64,000 nt of DNA from a virus (lineage: Duplodnaviria > Heunggongvirae > Uroviricota > Caudoviricetes): IMG/VR virus record IMGVR_UViG_3300016667_000484, positions 131,339 through 195,338 of that record; one strand, given 5' to 3'. The notes under the pieces are model-generated. The model did not search any database. It was given only the letters and a program-made list of their open reading frames with translations, and was not told where the DNA came from. Of the stretch, positions 29,878-38,466 are shown piece by piece (the first letter of the stretch is position 1; each line of letters begins with the position of its first letter). The position numbers were made by a program, and so were the translations under genes.

Positions 29878-30468
29878 ATGACTAACGTTTTTGACACCAT
29901 CTTAACAAAAGGAATTCGAGCTGGACAAATTCCGGCTAGAACAGATGCCGCGCGCGAATGGTACAGAAATACTAGTAAAGAGTATAAGCGTATAGATGAA
30001 CGCCAGCTCATGAAGTCGGACGTTGAGAGATTAACTAGTCGTATGCAAGTTGGAAATTGTTATATGTATTACTACGACCCGAAGCATAAGGGCACTCTCC
30101 CGTACTACGACAGGTTCCCATTGGTGTTCCCCTATAAGAAAGTCGCAGGTGGCTTTATGGGCATCAACATGCACTACCTGCCATTGCCTCTTCGAGCCAA
30201 GCTGATGGACTCCCTCTACGACGTAGCAAACAACGAGCAGTTCGACGAGTCGACTCGTCTTAAGCTCAACTATAGAATTCTCGATGGTGCTTCGAAGTTC
30301 AGATGGTTCAAGCCTTGTGTGAAGCATTACCTGACAGAGCAACTTCGTAGTCGATTCCTTTATGTGTATCCATCAGAGTGGGACGTGGCACTCTTTCTTC
30401 CAACAGAACGCTTTCAGGGTGCGACCAAGCAACAGGTTTGGGCCGACTCGAAGAAACTCATCGTATAA
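29878..30468 (+). CDS. gp2: DNA end protector gp2
   Basis: YYYDPKHKGTLPYYDRFPLV...GINMHYLP...KPCVKHYL...W..ALFLPTERF. Confidence 0.92.
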   Translation: MTNVFDTILTKGIRAGQIPARTDAAREWYRNTSKEYKRIDERQLMKSDVERLTSRMQVGNCYMYYYDPKHKGTLPYYDRFPLVFPYKKVAGGFMGINMHYLPLPLRAKLMDSLYDVANNEQFDESTRLKLNYRILDGASKFRWFKPCVKHYLTEQLRSRFLYVYPSEWDVALFLPTERFQGATKQQVWADSKKLIV

Positions 30469-30477
30469 GGACCGACC

Positions 30478-31230
30478 ATGGTTTTTAACATCAACGAATT
30501 CAAGTCACAGATTGCTTCGCGCGGCCTAGCGAAAAACAACCTGTTCATCACTCGAATCACATTGCCCGCGACTTTGTCTAGCCTAGAACAAAACATCCCA
30601 ACTCGCGACTTGTCTTTCCTATGCAAGTCAGTGAGTCTGCCATCTTTTGAACTTAACTACGTCGACGTCAGACCACAGGGATTCGGTAAACCAGAGAAGC
30701 GTCCACTTGAGTTTCATGCTGGTGATTTGACTGGACTGTTCATGGTTGATAGCAACTTCGCAGTCATGAAGTTCTTCCACAGATGGATTCAATCGATCAC
30801 AAACATCGGCGACTATAACGGTAGCCACAGTGTCGACACCGACGGTAAAGTACCATACGAGTTTGCGTACAAAGAAGACTACGTTGCGACGATGGAAGTC
30901 TTAGTCTATTCAGGAAACGACGCTAACAAAGTTTATCAATATAAGTTTGGTAACGTATATCCATTGAACATCGGAAACATCGATGTTGCGTGGGAAAACC
31001 AAGCCGAGATTATGACTGTTGGAGTTAACTTCGCGTACGACAAAATTGCTGTTGATGGCTTTGAACTCGGAAGCATCACGAGTGATATGGAAAACGCAAA
31101 TGGTCTATTGACCTATGCTGCTTCTTATTATGGTTTCATTCAAGCAATCAACCAAGTTTCAACGCCAACGTCAGTGCAAGATATGATCAACCAAGCAACG
31201 ACTGTGACTACAATCTACAATGCACTTTAA
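30478..31230 (+). CDS. Tail tube initiator gp54-like (gp19 fold)
   Basis: GLAKNNLF...LSFLCKSVSLP...FFHRWIQSI...YKEDY...VYPLNIGNIDVAWE...VNFAY. Confidence 0.8.
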   Translation: MVFNINEFKSQIASRGLAKNNLFITRITLPATLSSLEQNIPTRDLSFLCKSVSLPSFELNYVDVRPQGFGKPEKRPLEFHAGDLTGLFMVDSNFAVMKFFHRWIQSITNIGDYNGSHSVDTDGKVPYEFAYKEDYVATMEVLVYSGNDANKVYQYKFGNVYPLNIGNIDVAWENQAEIMTVGVNFAYDKIAVDGFELGSITSDMENANGLLTYAASYYGFIQAINQVSTPTSVQDMINQATTVTTIYNAL

Positions 31231-31241
31231 TGGAGTAAATC

Positions 31242-31943
31242 ATGGCATTACCTAGAATTAGCCTGCCCCTATATGAGATCACTATCCCATCTACAGATAA
31301 AAAGGTTACATATCGCCCATTCACTGTTAAGGAAGAAAAGATTCTTCTATTAGCAAAAGAATCTAAAGACATCGATCAGATCATTCTTGCTATAACGCAG
31401 ATAATCAACAACTGCGTTAAAGACGTTGATGTATCAAAATTGTCAACGTTTGATCTAGAATATCTCATGTTCAATATTCGTGCAAGATCTGTTAATGACA
31501 TAATCAAATTCAAAGTTTCTGATCCAGATACTAATGAAGATGTTGAGCTGGAATTGAACATCAACTCAGTGACTATGGTCAAAAATGATCAACACAATAA
31601 AATCATCAAGCTGAATGATGACTATAATTTGGTGATGCGTTATCCAACGGTAAATGAGCTTAAAGTCTTGTCAGACACTGACTCAAATGATACGTCTAAG
31701 ATCTTCGATATGATGATTGGATGTATTGACTTCATCGCTTCAGGAGATTCCATAACAAAGATGTCGGAATGCACACCGAAAGAAGTGGTAGATTTTGTTG
31801 AAGGTTTGCCAACTTCTGCCATCAAAGACATCCAAACGTTCTTTCAGACTATGCCAGTGATGAGGGTCGAATGTCCTTATGTTAACCGCAAAGGTGAACA
31901 CAAATCGTTCGTTATTCAGGGTATCGAAAGTTTTTTTATCTAA
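31242..31943 (+). CDS. gp26: Baseplate hub assembly protein gp26
   Basis: MALPRI..P.YEITIPSTDKKVTYRPFTVKEEKILLLA...FDLEYLMFNIRARSV...MRYPT...FFQTMP...GIESFF. Confidence 0.9.
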   Translation: MALPRISLPLYEITIPSTDKKVTYRPFTVKEEKILLLAKESKDIDQIILAITQIINNCVKDVDVSKLSTFDLEYLMFNIRARSVNDIIKFKVSDPDTNEDVELELNINSVTMVKNDQHNKIIKLNDDYNLVMRYPTVNELKVLSDTDSNDTSKIFDMMIGCIDFIASGDSITKMSECTPKEVVDFVEGLPTSAIKDIQTFFQTMPVMRVECPYVNRKGEHKSFVIQGIESFFI

Positions 31944-31945
31944 GC

Positions 31946-32110
31946 ATGAGTCATCGAACATTGCTAGAGTACTATAAAGCAATGTTCGCTTTGGCTCAAC
32001 ACCATAAATACTCCATAGATACTCTCGAAAGAATGATGCCATTTGAATTGGATATTTACTTTGATATGCTTGTTGATTTCATTGAAGAGAGCAGACAGAA
32101 AAATAGGTAA
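31946..32110 (+). CDS. gp51: gp51-like hub assembly catalyst (54 aa; possibly the frameshifted C-terminus of gp26)
   Basis: Hand translation MSHRTLLEYYKAMFALAQHHKYSIDTLERMMPFELDIYFDMLVDFIEESRQKNR; below the ORF-track cutoff. Confidence 0.85.
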   Translation: MSHRTLLEYYKAMFALAQHHKYSIDTLERMMPFELDIYFDMLVDFIEESRQKNR

Positions 32111-32117
32111 GTAATCC

Positions 32118-34217
32118 ATGGCAGTTGATCAAGACAAAGAAGATACAGATCGTGTGAAGCGTGAAAAAGAACACTTGCTGTCTAGTCAAGTGAGTCAAAA
32201 ACGTCTTGGCGAGATCAAGGATATTCTTAGCACTATGAAGAAGTCGACTGATGATTACTTTAGTAGTCTAAAAGAGTCGGCTAAAATACGTGCTGATGCA
32301 GCCGCCGACGAAGCGAGAAATACACAATTTGAGTCACTTCGCCGCGAAGCAAAGAACACTTCTGAAGGTAGATCAAGCGTAGAAGGAACTATAGATTCTA
32401 TTTCTAAGGCTAGCCCAAAATTAGGAGGCCTAGGAATTGGCCTCGGCGCGCTTGGATTAGGCATTGGTGGATTCTTTATGGGTCTATCTGGTGCTGAAGC
32501 GATTATGGATCACTTTGGGACAGGCGAAAACCTAAAGAAGATGATCATAAATCTAGGTGATGGTCTTTCATCTCTAGATGCACAGAGTCTTGCGGCGCTT
32601 GGCACATTGGTTGCTGGCTCAGCGCTATTCGCGGCGAACACATCGTTTGGTAAGCAGATCCGTGTTCCGACTGGAATGTTTGCAGTCGGTGCCGGCATCG
32701 GTGGATTCTTTGCCGGATTGGCTCTAGCGGATAGCGCGATGTCGTGGGTCTCGACTGACACCGGTGCTTTAAAGAATCAGATGATCAATCTTGCAGATGG
32801 ATTAGCTGCGTTTTCTGGCCGCGACTTAACCGCACTCGGTGGACTTCTAACTGGCTCAGCGCTGTTTGCCACAAACACTTCTTTGGGTACGCAGTTTAAA
32901 GCTGCTACCGGCATGACTCTATTGGGCGCGGGCATCGGTGGATTCTTTGCCGGATTGACTGGAGTTACAGATCTGGCAGCGTTTTTAGGCGCTGATGGTG
33001 AAGGCATCAAAAACATGATGGTCAATATAGCTGAAGGCTTAAATGCCTTCAGTGGCCAAAGTTTAGGCGCGCTAGGTGCACTTCTTGGCACCGGCGCTCT
33101 CTTTGGTTTAGCCGGGCCAGTCGTAAATGGCATGGCTGCAGTCGGAATGACTATGATAGGTGTAGGACTCGCGGGATTTCTTTCAGCGTTCTCTGGTATC
33201 GGTGACATTGCATCATATCTAGGAGCCGATGGTTCTGGTGCTAAGGTGATGATGATTAACCTAGCGGAAGGCCTTAAGTCATTCATTGGGGTTGATTCTA
33301 AGGCAATAACCGATGCAGCTGTTGGAATGGCAGTTCTAAGCCCTGCTCTATTGGCTTTCTTTGGCTCACAAGGTATATCATCTGTTTTAGATACCATCAC
33401 AAGTTTCATCACTTGGGCTACAGGCAGCGATGATCCAATCACTACGGTTGTAGCTCAACTTCGTAAGTTTGAATCGATTGATACGTCCAAACTGGAAAAC
33501 ACAAAAGGTATTGGTATTGGAAGCATCCTGACTGATATAGCATCAGGATTAAGTGCCTTCTCTGAAGCACAATTTGATGCATCAGTCCTAGGTGTGTTGA
33601 CGAATATTGCAAACTGGTTCAGCGGCAATGATACACCATTTGATGCTATCGCCAAACTCGGTGAAAAGGCTGATCTTCTGACCTCTGCTGCTTCTGCGAT
33701 AGAACGTATAGCAGAAGCAATGAAAAAGTTTGCAGAGATACCTTCTTCTGCAAACTTTGACTTTGATCAAATGGCTAAACAACTTGCTTCAGCAGTGCCT
33801 CTGTTTGATGCGGTGCTTCACGGTGGACCATTGAATGATTCGATGTTTGGTTTCGATACAGTGATAGAAAAGGGTCTGCTTGATCCAGACTTCAATCTGG
33901 ACGCCGGCATTGACGCGATCAATAAAGTGAAACGCGCTCTCAGTGAAGTATACGACATTGAAATTTCACCTAGTGTTAACATCGCTCCTGCAGCGGAAGT
34001 TACCTTGCCAACAACAAAGGCTGTTAACACTATATCTACTAATGCAGTAGATATGGCAATATCATCAAGAGGACCTGCTGGAGCACCTATAAACTATGCG
34101 CCGATGTCAGTGAATAACAACAGTGGCGGTAATGTGAATTCTTCGACAACTAACATCGTCGTGAACCCATCTACTGGTTTGGACACTGCGCCTTGGTTAT
34201 TGGGCTCTGCGATGTAA
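32118..34217 (+). CDS. Tape-measure-like protein (gp29 position) with hydrophobic ~79-aa repeats
   Basis: 699 aa, Ala/Gly-rich helical repeats, directly after gp26/gp51; ends in an N/S/T-rich tail. Confidence 0.6.
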   Translation: MAVDQDKEDTDRVKREKEHLLSSQVSQKRLGEIKDILSTMKKSTDDYFSSLKESAKIRADAAADEARNTQFESLRREAKNTSEGRSSVEGTIDSISKASPKLGGLGIGLGALGLGIGGFFMGLSGAEAIMDHFGTGENLKKMIINLGDGLSSLDAQSLAALGTLVAGSALFAANTSFGKQIRVPTGMFAVGAGIGGFFAGLALADSAMSWVSTDTGALKNQMINLADGLAAFSGRDLTALGGLLTGSALFATNTSLGTQFKAATGMTLLGAGIGGFFAGLTGVTDLAAFLGADGEGIKNMMVNIAEGLNAFSGQSLGALGALLGTGALFGLAGPVVNGMAAVGMTMIGVGLAGFLSAFSGIGDIASYLGADGSGAKVMMINLAEGLKSFIGVDSKAITDAAVGMAVLSPALLAFFGSQGISSVLDTITSFITWATGSDDPITTVVAQLRKFESIDTSKLENTKGIGIGSILTDIASGLSAFSEAQFDASVLGVLTNIANWFSGNDTPFDAIAKLGEKADLLTSAASAIERIAEAMKKFAEIPSSANFDFDQMAKQLASAVPLFDAVLHGGPLNDSMFGFDTVIEKGLLDPDFNLDAGIDAINKVKRALSEVYDIEISPSVNIAPAAEVTLPTTKAVNTISTNAVDMAISSRGPAGAPINYAPMSVNNNSGGNVNSSTTNIVVNPSTGLDTAPWLLGSAM

Positions 34218-34628
34218 TCATCCTTTGAACATGGCGATCGCGATAAAGGCGATGATGCCGAGTATGATGAGCCCACCAAATCCACTTGACGAAGTGGTGT
34301 TCTTTGAAGCCGATCGAGAGGATGTTCTCTTGGTCGGCTTCTTTTTTGCCGTACCAAATATCGTAGCCCAGAACTGCTGTGCATCCTTTTGCTTGCGTCG
34401 CCGCTGAGCCTCTGTCTCTGACTTGTAGAGTGTCTTGCGATGGATGTAACCCGCACCATCCTTAAATGTCTGAGTGGTCTTCATGCCACCCTTGGTGCTC
34501 CAAGAGGTGGTCGTACGGGTGCCTCCCTTAGTTCCAATAGAGGTACTATGAGTGATGTTCCCGTTGGTGTTACGAGTGTCTGTGGTGCGGAAATTTCCAG
34601 ACTTGCGAGTGGTTCTTTTGTATGCCAT
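34218..34628 (-). CDS. Basic hypothetical protein with C-terminal transmembrane anchor
   Basis: K/R/T-rich 136 aa ending GLIILGIIAFIAIAMFKG. Confidence 0.6.
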   Translation of the reverse strand: MAYKRTTRKSGNFRTTDTRNTNGNITHSTSIGTKGGTRTTTSWSTKGGMKTTQTFKDGAGYIHRKTLYKSETEAQRRRKQKDAQQFWATIFGTAKKKPTKRTSSRSASKNTTSSSGFGGLIILGIIAFIAIAMFKG

Positions 34629-34650
34629 GATTCGATACTCTGATATGAAG

Positions 34651-34670
34651 AAGGAGCCCGAAGGCTCCTT
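34651..34670 (-). terminator. UUCG-tetraloop hairpin after gp32
   Basis: AAGGAGCC-TTCG-GGCTCCTT on the minus strand, a T4-style C(UUCG)G hairpin. Confidence 0.75.
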
Positions 34671-34679
34671 CCTTTTGGA

Positions 34680-35624
34680 TTACTCTTCAGCCGCGAGGCT
34701 CTTGAAGAAGTCCAGGGTGTCATCATCTTCGTCCAGAGACGGAGTGAATGACGGAGATGGAGCTTCCTCCTGCTTAGGGGCAGCGCGTTCTTTGAACTTC
34801 GGAGTGAAGTCCATCTCCTGAGCGTCGTCCTCAGCAGCGGATTTCATGGGTGCGTGTGCACTGCCATCAAGACCCAGGACCTTGTAAAGCTTGGCTTTCA
34901 GTTCGGCATAAGTCTTGAAGTTTTTAGGATCGACGATTTCCTTGAGCGAATGCTGCTGCTTCCAGATTGCTTCCAATTGTTCGTCCGAAAGCGGTTCGCC
35001 TTTAGGATTAGTCATAGGAGCTGCTTCGGAGAATTCCGAGCGATCGTAGTTGCGGTAGCCTTCGTAGTTACGAATCTTCAGTTTGAAGTCAGCACCCTCC
35101 CACATGTCGAATGGGTTGACCGGAGTCTCACCCTCGTACTGTGGGTTCATTGCTTCCTGAAGCTTCTCCATGATCTTCTTGCCGAACTTGAACAGGAACA
35201 CCTTACCTTCATTCGAAGGGTTAGCGGAGTCCTTAACGACGTAGATGTTAGCATGGAAATTGGTGCGACGCTTTTGTTTGCGTGCGATTTCTTTGTCTGC
35301 CTCGTTGCCCGAGTTCCAGAGCTTGGAGTTGTATTCCGAGACGGGGTCGTCTTGACCAAGGGTCGTCAACGAGTTCTCGATGTACCAACCACCAGGACCT
35401 TGGAAGCCATGGTCGTGCATCTTAACGAACGGCAGATCTTCACCTTCAGGGGCCGGCAAGAAACGAATAACAGCGTACCCATTCCCCGCCTTGTCGACGT
35501 CGGGCTTCCAGTACTTGTCATCATTGTTGTTGGATTGGCCGCCGATGGTCTTCTGCAGTTGCTGGTTCAGTTTGTCGAACGAAGACGAACGGGCTTTTTT
35601 GAGTGCTGCGAATGAGCTAGACAT
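34680..35624 (-). CDS. gp32: Single-stranded DNA-binding protein gp32
   Basis: DKAGNGYAVIRFLPAP...HGFQGPGGWYIENSLTTLGQDDPVSEYN...FKFGKKI; acidic tail DDDDTLDFFKSLA. Confidence 0.96.
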   Translation of the reverse strand: MSSSFAALKKARSSSFDKLNQQLQKTIGGQSNNNDDKYWKPDVDKAGNGYAVIRFLPAPEGEDLPFVKMHDHGFQGPGGWYIENSLTTLGQDDPVSEYNSKLWNSGNEADKEIARKQKRRTNFHANIYVVKDSANPSNEGKVFLFKFGKKIMEKLQEAMNPQYEGETPVNPFDMWEGADFKLKIRNYEGYRNYDRSEFSEAAPMTNPKGEPLSDEQLEAIWKQQHSLKEIVDPKNFKTYAELKAKLYKVLGLDGSAHAPMKSAAEDDAQEMDFTPKFKERAAPKQEEAPSPSFTPSLDEDDDTLDFFKSLAAEE

Positions 35625-35653
35625 ATGAGTATCCTTTGCGATTGTAAGCGATT

Positions 35654-36262
35654 TTAAGCGGCTTGTTGCGATTGTGAGAATTTGTCAAGAAGGATAGCTT
35701 TCATCTTCTGCTTGTCGTAGTGGATGAAAGGTCTTACCTTGCTGACAAACTTATTTATACTCGGAAAGATGATCGGATCTGAAATTTTCCGTTCCCAGTA
35801 AGAAAAATTTTGCACGAGGTCGTCGATGATCACCAGCGTTTCGATGTTGACTCGACGCATATTATAGAGCTGGAGAAGCCTAGGATGCTGCCCATCTTTC
35901 ACGAGTAGATTCGAGTTGAAGTCTTCATTCAACTCTGAGAGGTCGTTCTTGAACACATACGACAAAGTCTGTTGCCGTTTGGTCCACTCAGTGAACACCT
36001 CTTCTGCCTTCTCATTGTCGAGAAGGTCTCCGATCCAAAGTGTTGGATCAAAGATCATGTTGGCCAGGATGAATTCCTTGGCGTCTTTTCGCTTCGAGAG
36101 CTTGTAGAACTGGAACTTGTCCTTGCGGTTCTCGAATGCTTGTTGAGAGGCCTTCACCTTACCATTGTACTTGAAGAAGTCGTAGTCTGTGGTGAAGTGC
36201 CGTTTCAACGCAAGATAATAGATGTAGATCTCAAAGGCAGCTTGCGTTGAATAGACAGACAT
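35654..36262 (-). CDS. gp59: Helicase loader gp59
   Basis: YLALKRHFTTDYDFFKYNGKVKA...FENRKDKFQFYKLS; sits upstream of gp32. Confidence 0.92.
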   Translation of the reverse strand: MSVYSTQAAFEIYIYYLALKRHFTTDYDFFKYNGKVKASQQAFENRKDKFQFYKLSKRKDAKEFILANMIFDPTLWIGDLLDNEKAEEVFTEWTKRQQTLSYVFKNDLSELNEDFNSNLLVKDGQHPRLLQLYNMRRVNIETLVIIDDLVQNFSYWERKISDPIIFPSINKFVSKVRPFIHYDKQKMKAILLDKFSQSQQAA

Positions 36263-36486
36263 CAGATTGGTAACCTATTTTGCTTTTCGACTAAGTTAAG
36301 TTTCTCAGCGTCCTCATGAACTTTCGCTTTCATGATTTGGCTGCGGCGAACAATATCGCCTATGACTTCAATCTCAATTCCGTGAATGTCAGCGTAATGA
36401 ACTAAGGCGTCAATGTAAGAGACTTCCTCGTTAACATATTTGCTCACTTCACGGAGAATACTTTCCGCGGTGAGTTCAACTTGCAT
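36262..36486 (-). CDS. gp33: Late transcription co-activator gp33
   Basis: SYIDALVHYA...IEIE...KAKV..DAEKLNL....LPI; gp33-gp59-gp32 synteny. Confidence 0.85.
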   Translation of the reverse strand: MQVELTAESILREVSKYVNEEVSYIDALVHYADIHGIEIEVIGDIVRRSQIMKAKVHEDAEKLNLVEKQNRLPI

Positions 36487-36692
36487 TACCCGTTTAACAC
36501 CTTGATGTTCGACGCCCAGTTCTCAGCGGCGTCTTCAACGAAGCGCAAAGCTTTACCTGGAAAAGTTTCAGTGTAGAACTTACTACCACTTACGTCATAA
36601 TAGTCGATGTAGTAATATTCGCCTTGTTCGTTGCGCATCACTTCAGCGCGAGCAGCTTGAGCGTTTTCTTTGAAATATGTTGAGATAAGCAT
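36486..36692 (-). CDS. Hypothetical protein
   Basis: 68 aa with a FVEDAAENW motif; GGAG SD. Confidence 0.65.
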   Translation of the reverse strand: MLISTYFKENAQAARAEVMRNEQGEYYYIDYYDVSGSKFYTETFPGKALRFVEDAAENWASNIKVLNG

Positions 36693-36700
36693 TTTTACTC

Positions 36701-37342
36701 CTACTTTACCATGAAGCCTAACCTATAGGTTTCTAGGTGTCCGTTCGAATTGTCGGGGGCTTCTATAAAACTATAACCCAGTTTCCCATAAATGTCAACT
36801 ACTTGTTGTTCATCACTCCAAACTGGGATCAGTTCGTCGTAGTCTGGGTCTGGCGTATCTCGAAAGTGAATCTCGATCACCTTATCACCTATCATTTCAA
36901 GGTTAACGACAGGGATGTCTGAAAACATTAAATCGTCTTCGATAAGAAACGGCATATCGATCTTCTTGTCGGAACGAGTCCACTTCTTGAATCGAAAGAG
37001 TTGATCAACATCACGGTCTGCTTTGAAACAAGATTTTTGCTTGTATCCCAGCAAAGAGTCTAGTTCGACCTCGTATGTGATAGAATATTGATCTCCATCG
37101 AACCATTCACACCAGAAGTACCCTGGTTCTACGCCGGTACGATCTCCGGCTTCGATCCATTGCTTTCTAGCTCCTACAGACATACCATCGAGGTTGTAGA
37201 TAGGTCTTACACAGTAGAAGCTAGACTTACTTGGTGGAACACCTCCAGGCCCGCATCGATACCCGAATGTCTCAGCAACGTATAACTTGTTGAACCAATG
37301 TCTTACATATGGGAATGATTGCCAAGCCTGGAAGTCTTCCAT
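36701..37342 (-). CDS. Conserved phage protein, possible ATP-grasp-like fold
   Basis: VRPIYNLDGM..GA, YFWCEWFDG, NLEMIGDKVIEIHFR. Confidence 0.55.
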   Translation of the reverse strand: MEDFQAWQSFPYVRHWFNKLYVAETFGYRCGPGGVPPSKSSFYCVRPIYNLDGMSVGARKQWIEAGDRTGVEPGYFWCEWFDGDQYSITYEVELDSLLGYKQKSCFKADRDVDQLFRFKKWTRSDKKIDMPFLIEDDLMFSDIPVVNLEMIGDKVIEIHFRDTPDPDYDELIPVWSDEQQVVDIYGKLGYSFIEAPDNSNGHLETYRLGFMVK

Positions 37343-37368
37343 AGATTTCTCCGAGATTACTCCACTAT

Positions 37369-38331
37369 TTATTCAAGAGCGGAAACCATCTCCTGAGTAG
37401 TAGCGAGTTCTGGATCAGGAACTAGACCATACTCAACGAGTGCACCATCAGGCCCGGCCATCTCGTCGCTCACAAAGAACTCGACGTATTCTTTGAGTCC
37501 AGGAATAACTCCAAGGTGAGCGTTCTTCACATAGAAGTAGAGAGGACGGCTGATAGCATAGTCACCGGAAGCAATAGTATCGATGTCGGGATGGACACCA
37601 TTTATGTTAGATACTTCGAGTTTGTCTTGGTTGTTCTGATAGAAGCTTAAGCCAAACACTCCGAGAGCAGTTGGATTTGCGTCAAGCCGAGCTAGAGTTT
37701 CGGTGTAGTCACCGTCGATGTCGACTGATACTCCATCGGTGCGCAACTTGTGACAAGCTTTCTTTTGATCGTCGTCAAGTTTATCGACACCAAGAGCAGC
37801 CTTACAACCTTCTTCCATGACTTTTACATCGAACACTTCACGAGTGCCATGTTTTGTTCCTGGCACGAAAACCAGAATATCGATCGCTGGAAGAGCAGGG
37901 TCGACTTCATTCCACATCTTTGCGGTGCTGCTCTCATGCAGCGCATTGTATAGTTGAAGAGGAGTCAAGTCATCGATGTTTAGTTTGCCAATGTTTGCCG
38001 CAAAGACGATGCCGTCGTATCCGATTCTAACTTCAGTGACTTTGCCAACGACTGCTTCACACGCCGCCCACTCTTCCTCTTTCATCTTCGAAGAGCTATT
38101 AGCGATGTCGACTGTGTTCTCACCAGTGCCCTCACAAAGCTTTTTGCGACCTGCGCCAGAACCACCACCTTCTACGACAGGAGTCTGAAAGTCAAAGTTC
38201 TCGCCGAAGGCTTCGGCAACGATAGTAGCGTATGGTAGAATGGTAGAAGAACCAGTTACTTGTACGTTGTCTCGTGCAAACGCTGGAAAAGCAACTGTAA
38301 GCGCGAGTAGAGAAATTACTAGAGATTTCAT
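37369..38331 (-). CDS. pstS: Periplasmic phosphate-binding protein PstS
   Basis: Signal peptide, then RDNVQVTGSSTILPY...GGGSGAG...DIANSS...IGYDGIV...HGTREVF...YAISRPLYFYVK (alphaproteobacterial type). Confidence 0.92.
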   Translation of the reverse strand: MKSLVISLLALTVAFPAFARDNVQVTGSSTILPYATIVAEAFGENFDFQTPVVEGGGSGAGRKKLCEGTGENTVDIANSSSKMKEEEWAACEAVVGKVTEVRIGYDGIVFAANIGKLNIDDLTPLQLYNALHESSTAKMWNEVDPALPAIDILVFVPGTKHGTREVFDVKVMEEGCKAALGVDKLDDDQKKACHKLRTDGVSVDIDGDYTETLARLDANPTALGVFGLSFYQNNQDKLEVSNINGVHPDIDTIASGDYAISRPLYFYVKNAHLGVIPGLKEYVEFFVSDEMAGPDGALVEYGLVPDPELATTQEMVSALE

Positions 38332-38364
38332 GTGTATCCTTTCAAAAGAGCGATATTGCTCAGG

Positions 38365-38401
38365 ATAATACTATCACACAATTGTAACGATTGTTTAACA
38401 G
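38365..38401 (-). promoter_or_regulatory. Putative Pho box plus -10 element upstream of pstS
   Basis: Minus strand CTGTTAA-acaa-TCGTTAC-aatt-GTGTGAT (11-bp period, resembling CTGTCAT), followed by TATTAT. Confidence 0.6.
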
Positions 38402-38407
38402 ATTCAT

Positions 38408-38435
38408 AAAAAAGCGGAGCTAACCGTGGCTCCGC
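38408..38435 (-). terminator. Rho-independent terminator after the porin-like gene
   Basis: GCGGAGC-cacggtta-GCTCCGC-TTTTTT on the minus strand. Confidence 0.8.
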
Positions 38436-38466
38436 GCGGGTTTATTAGGTAACCACCCCAACCAGA

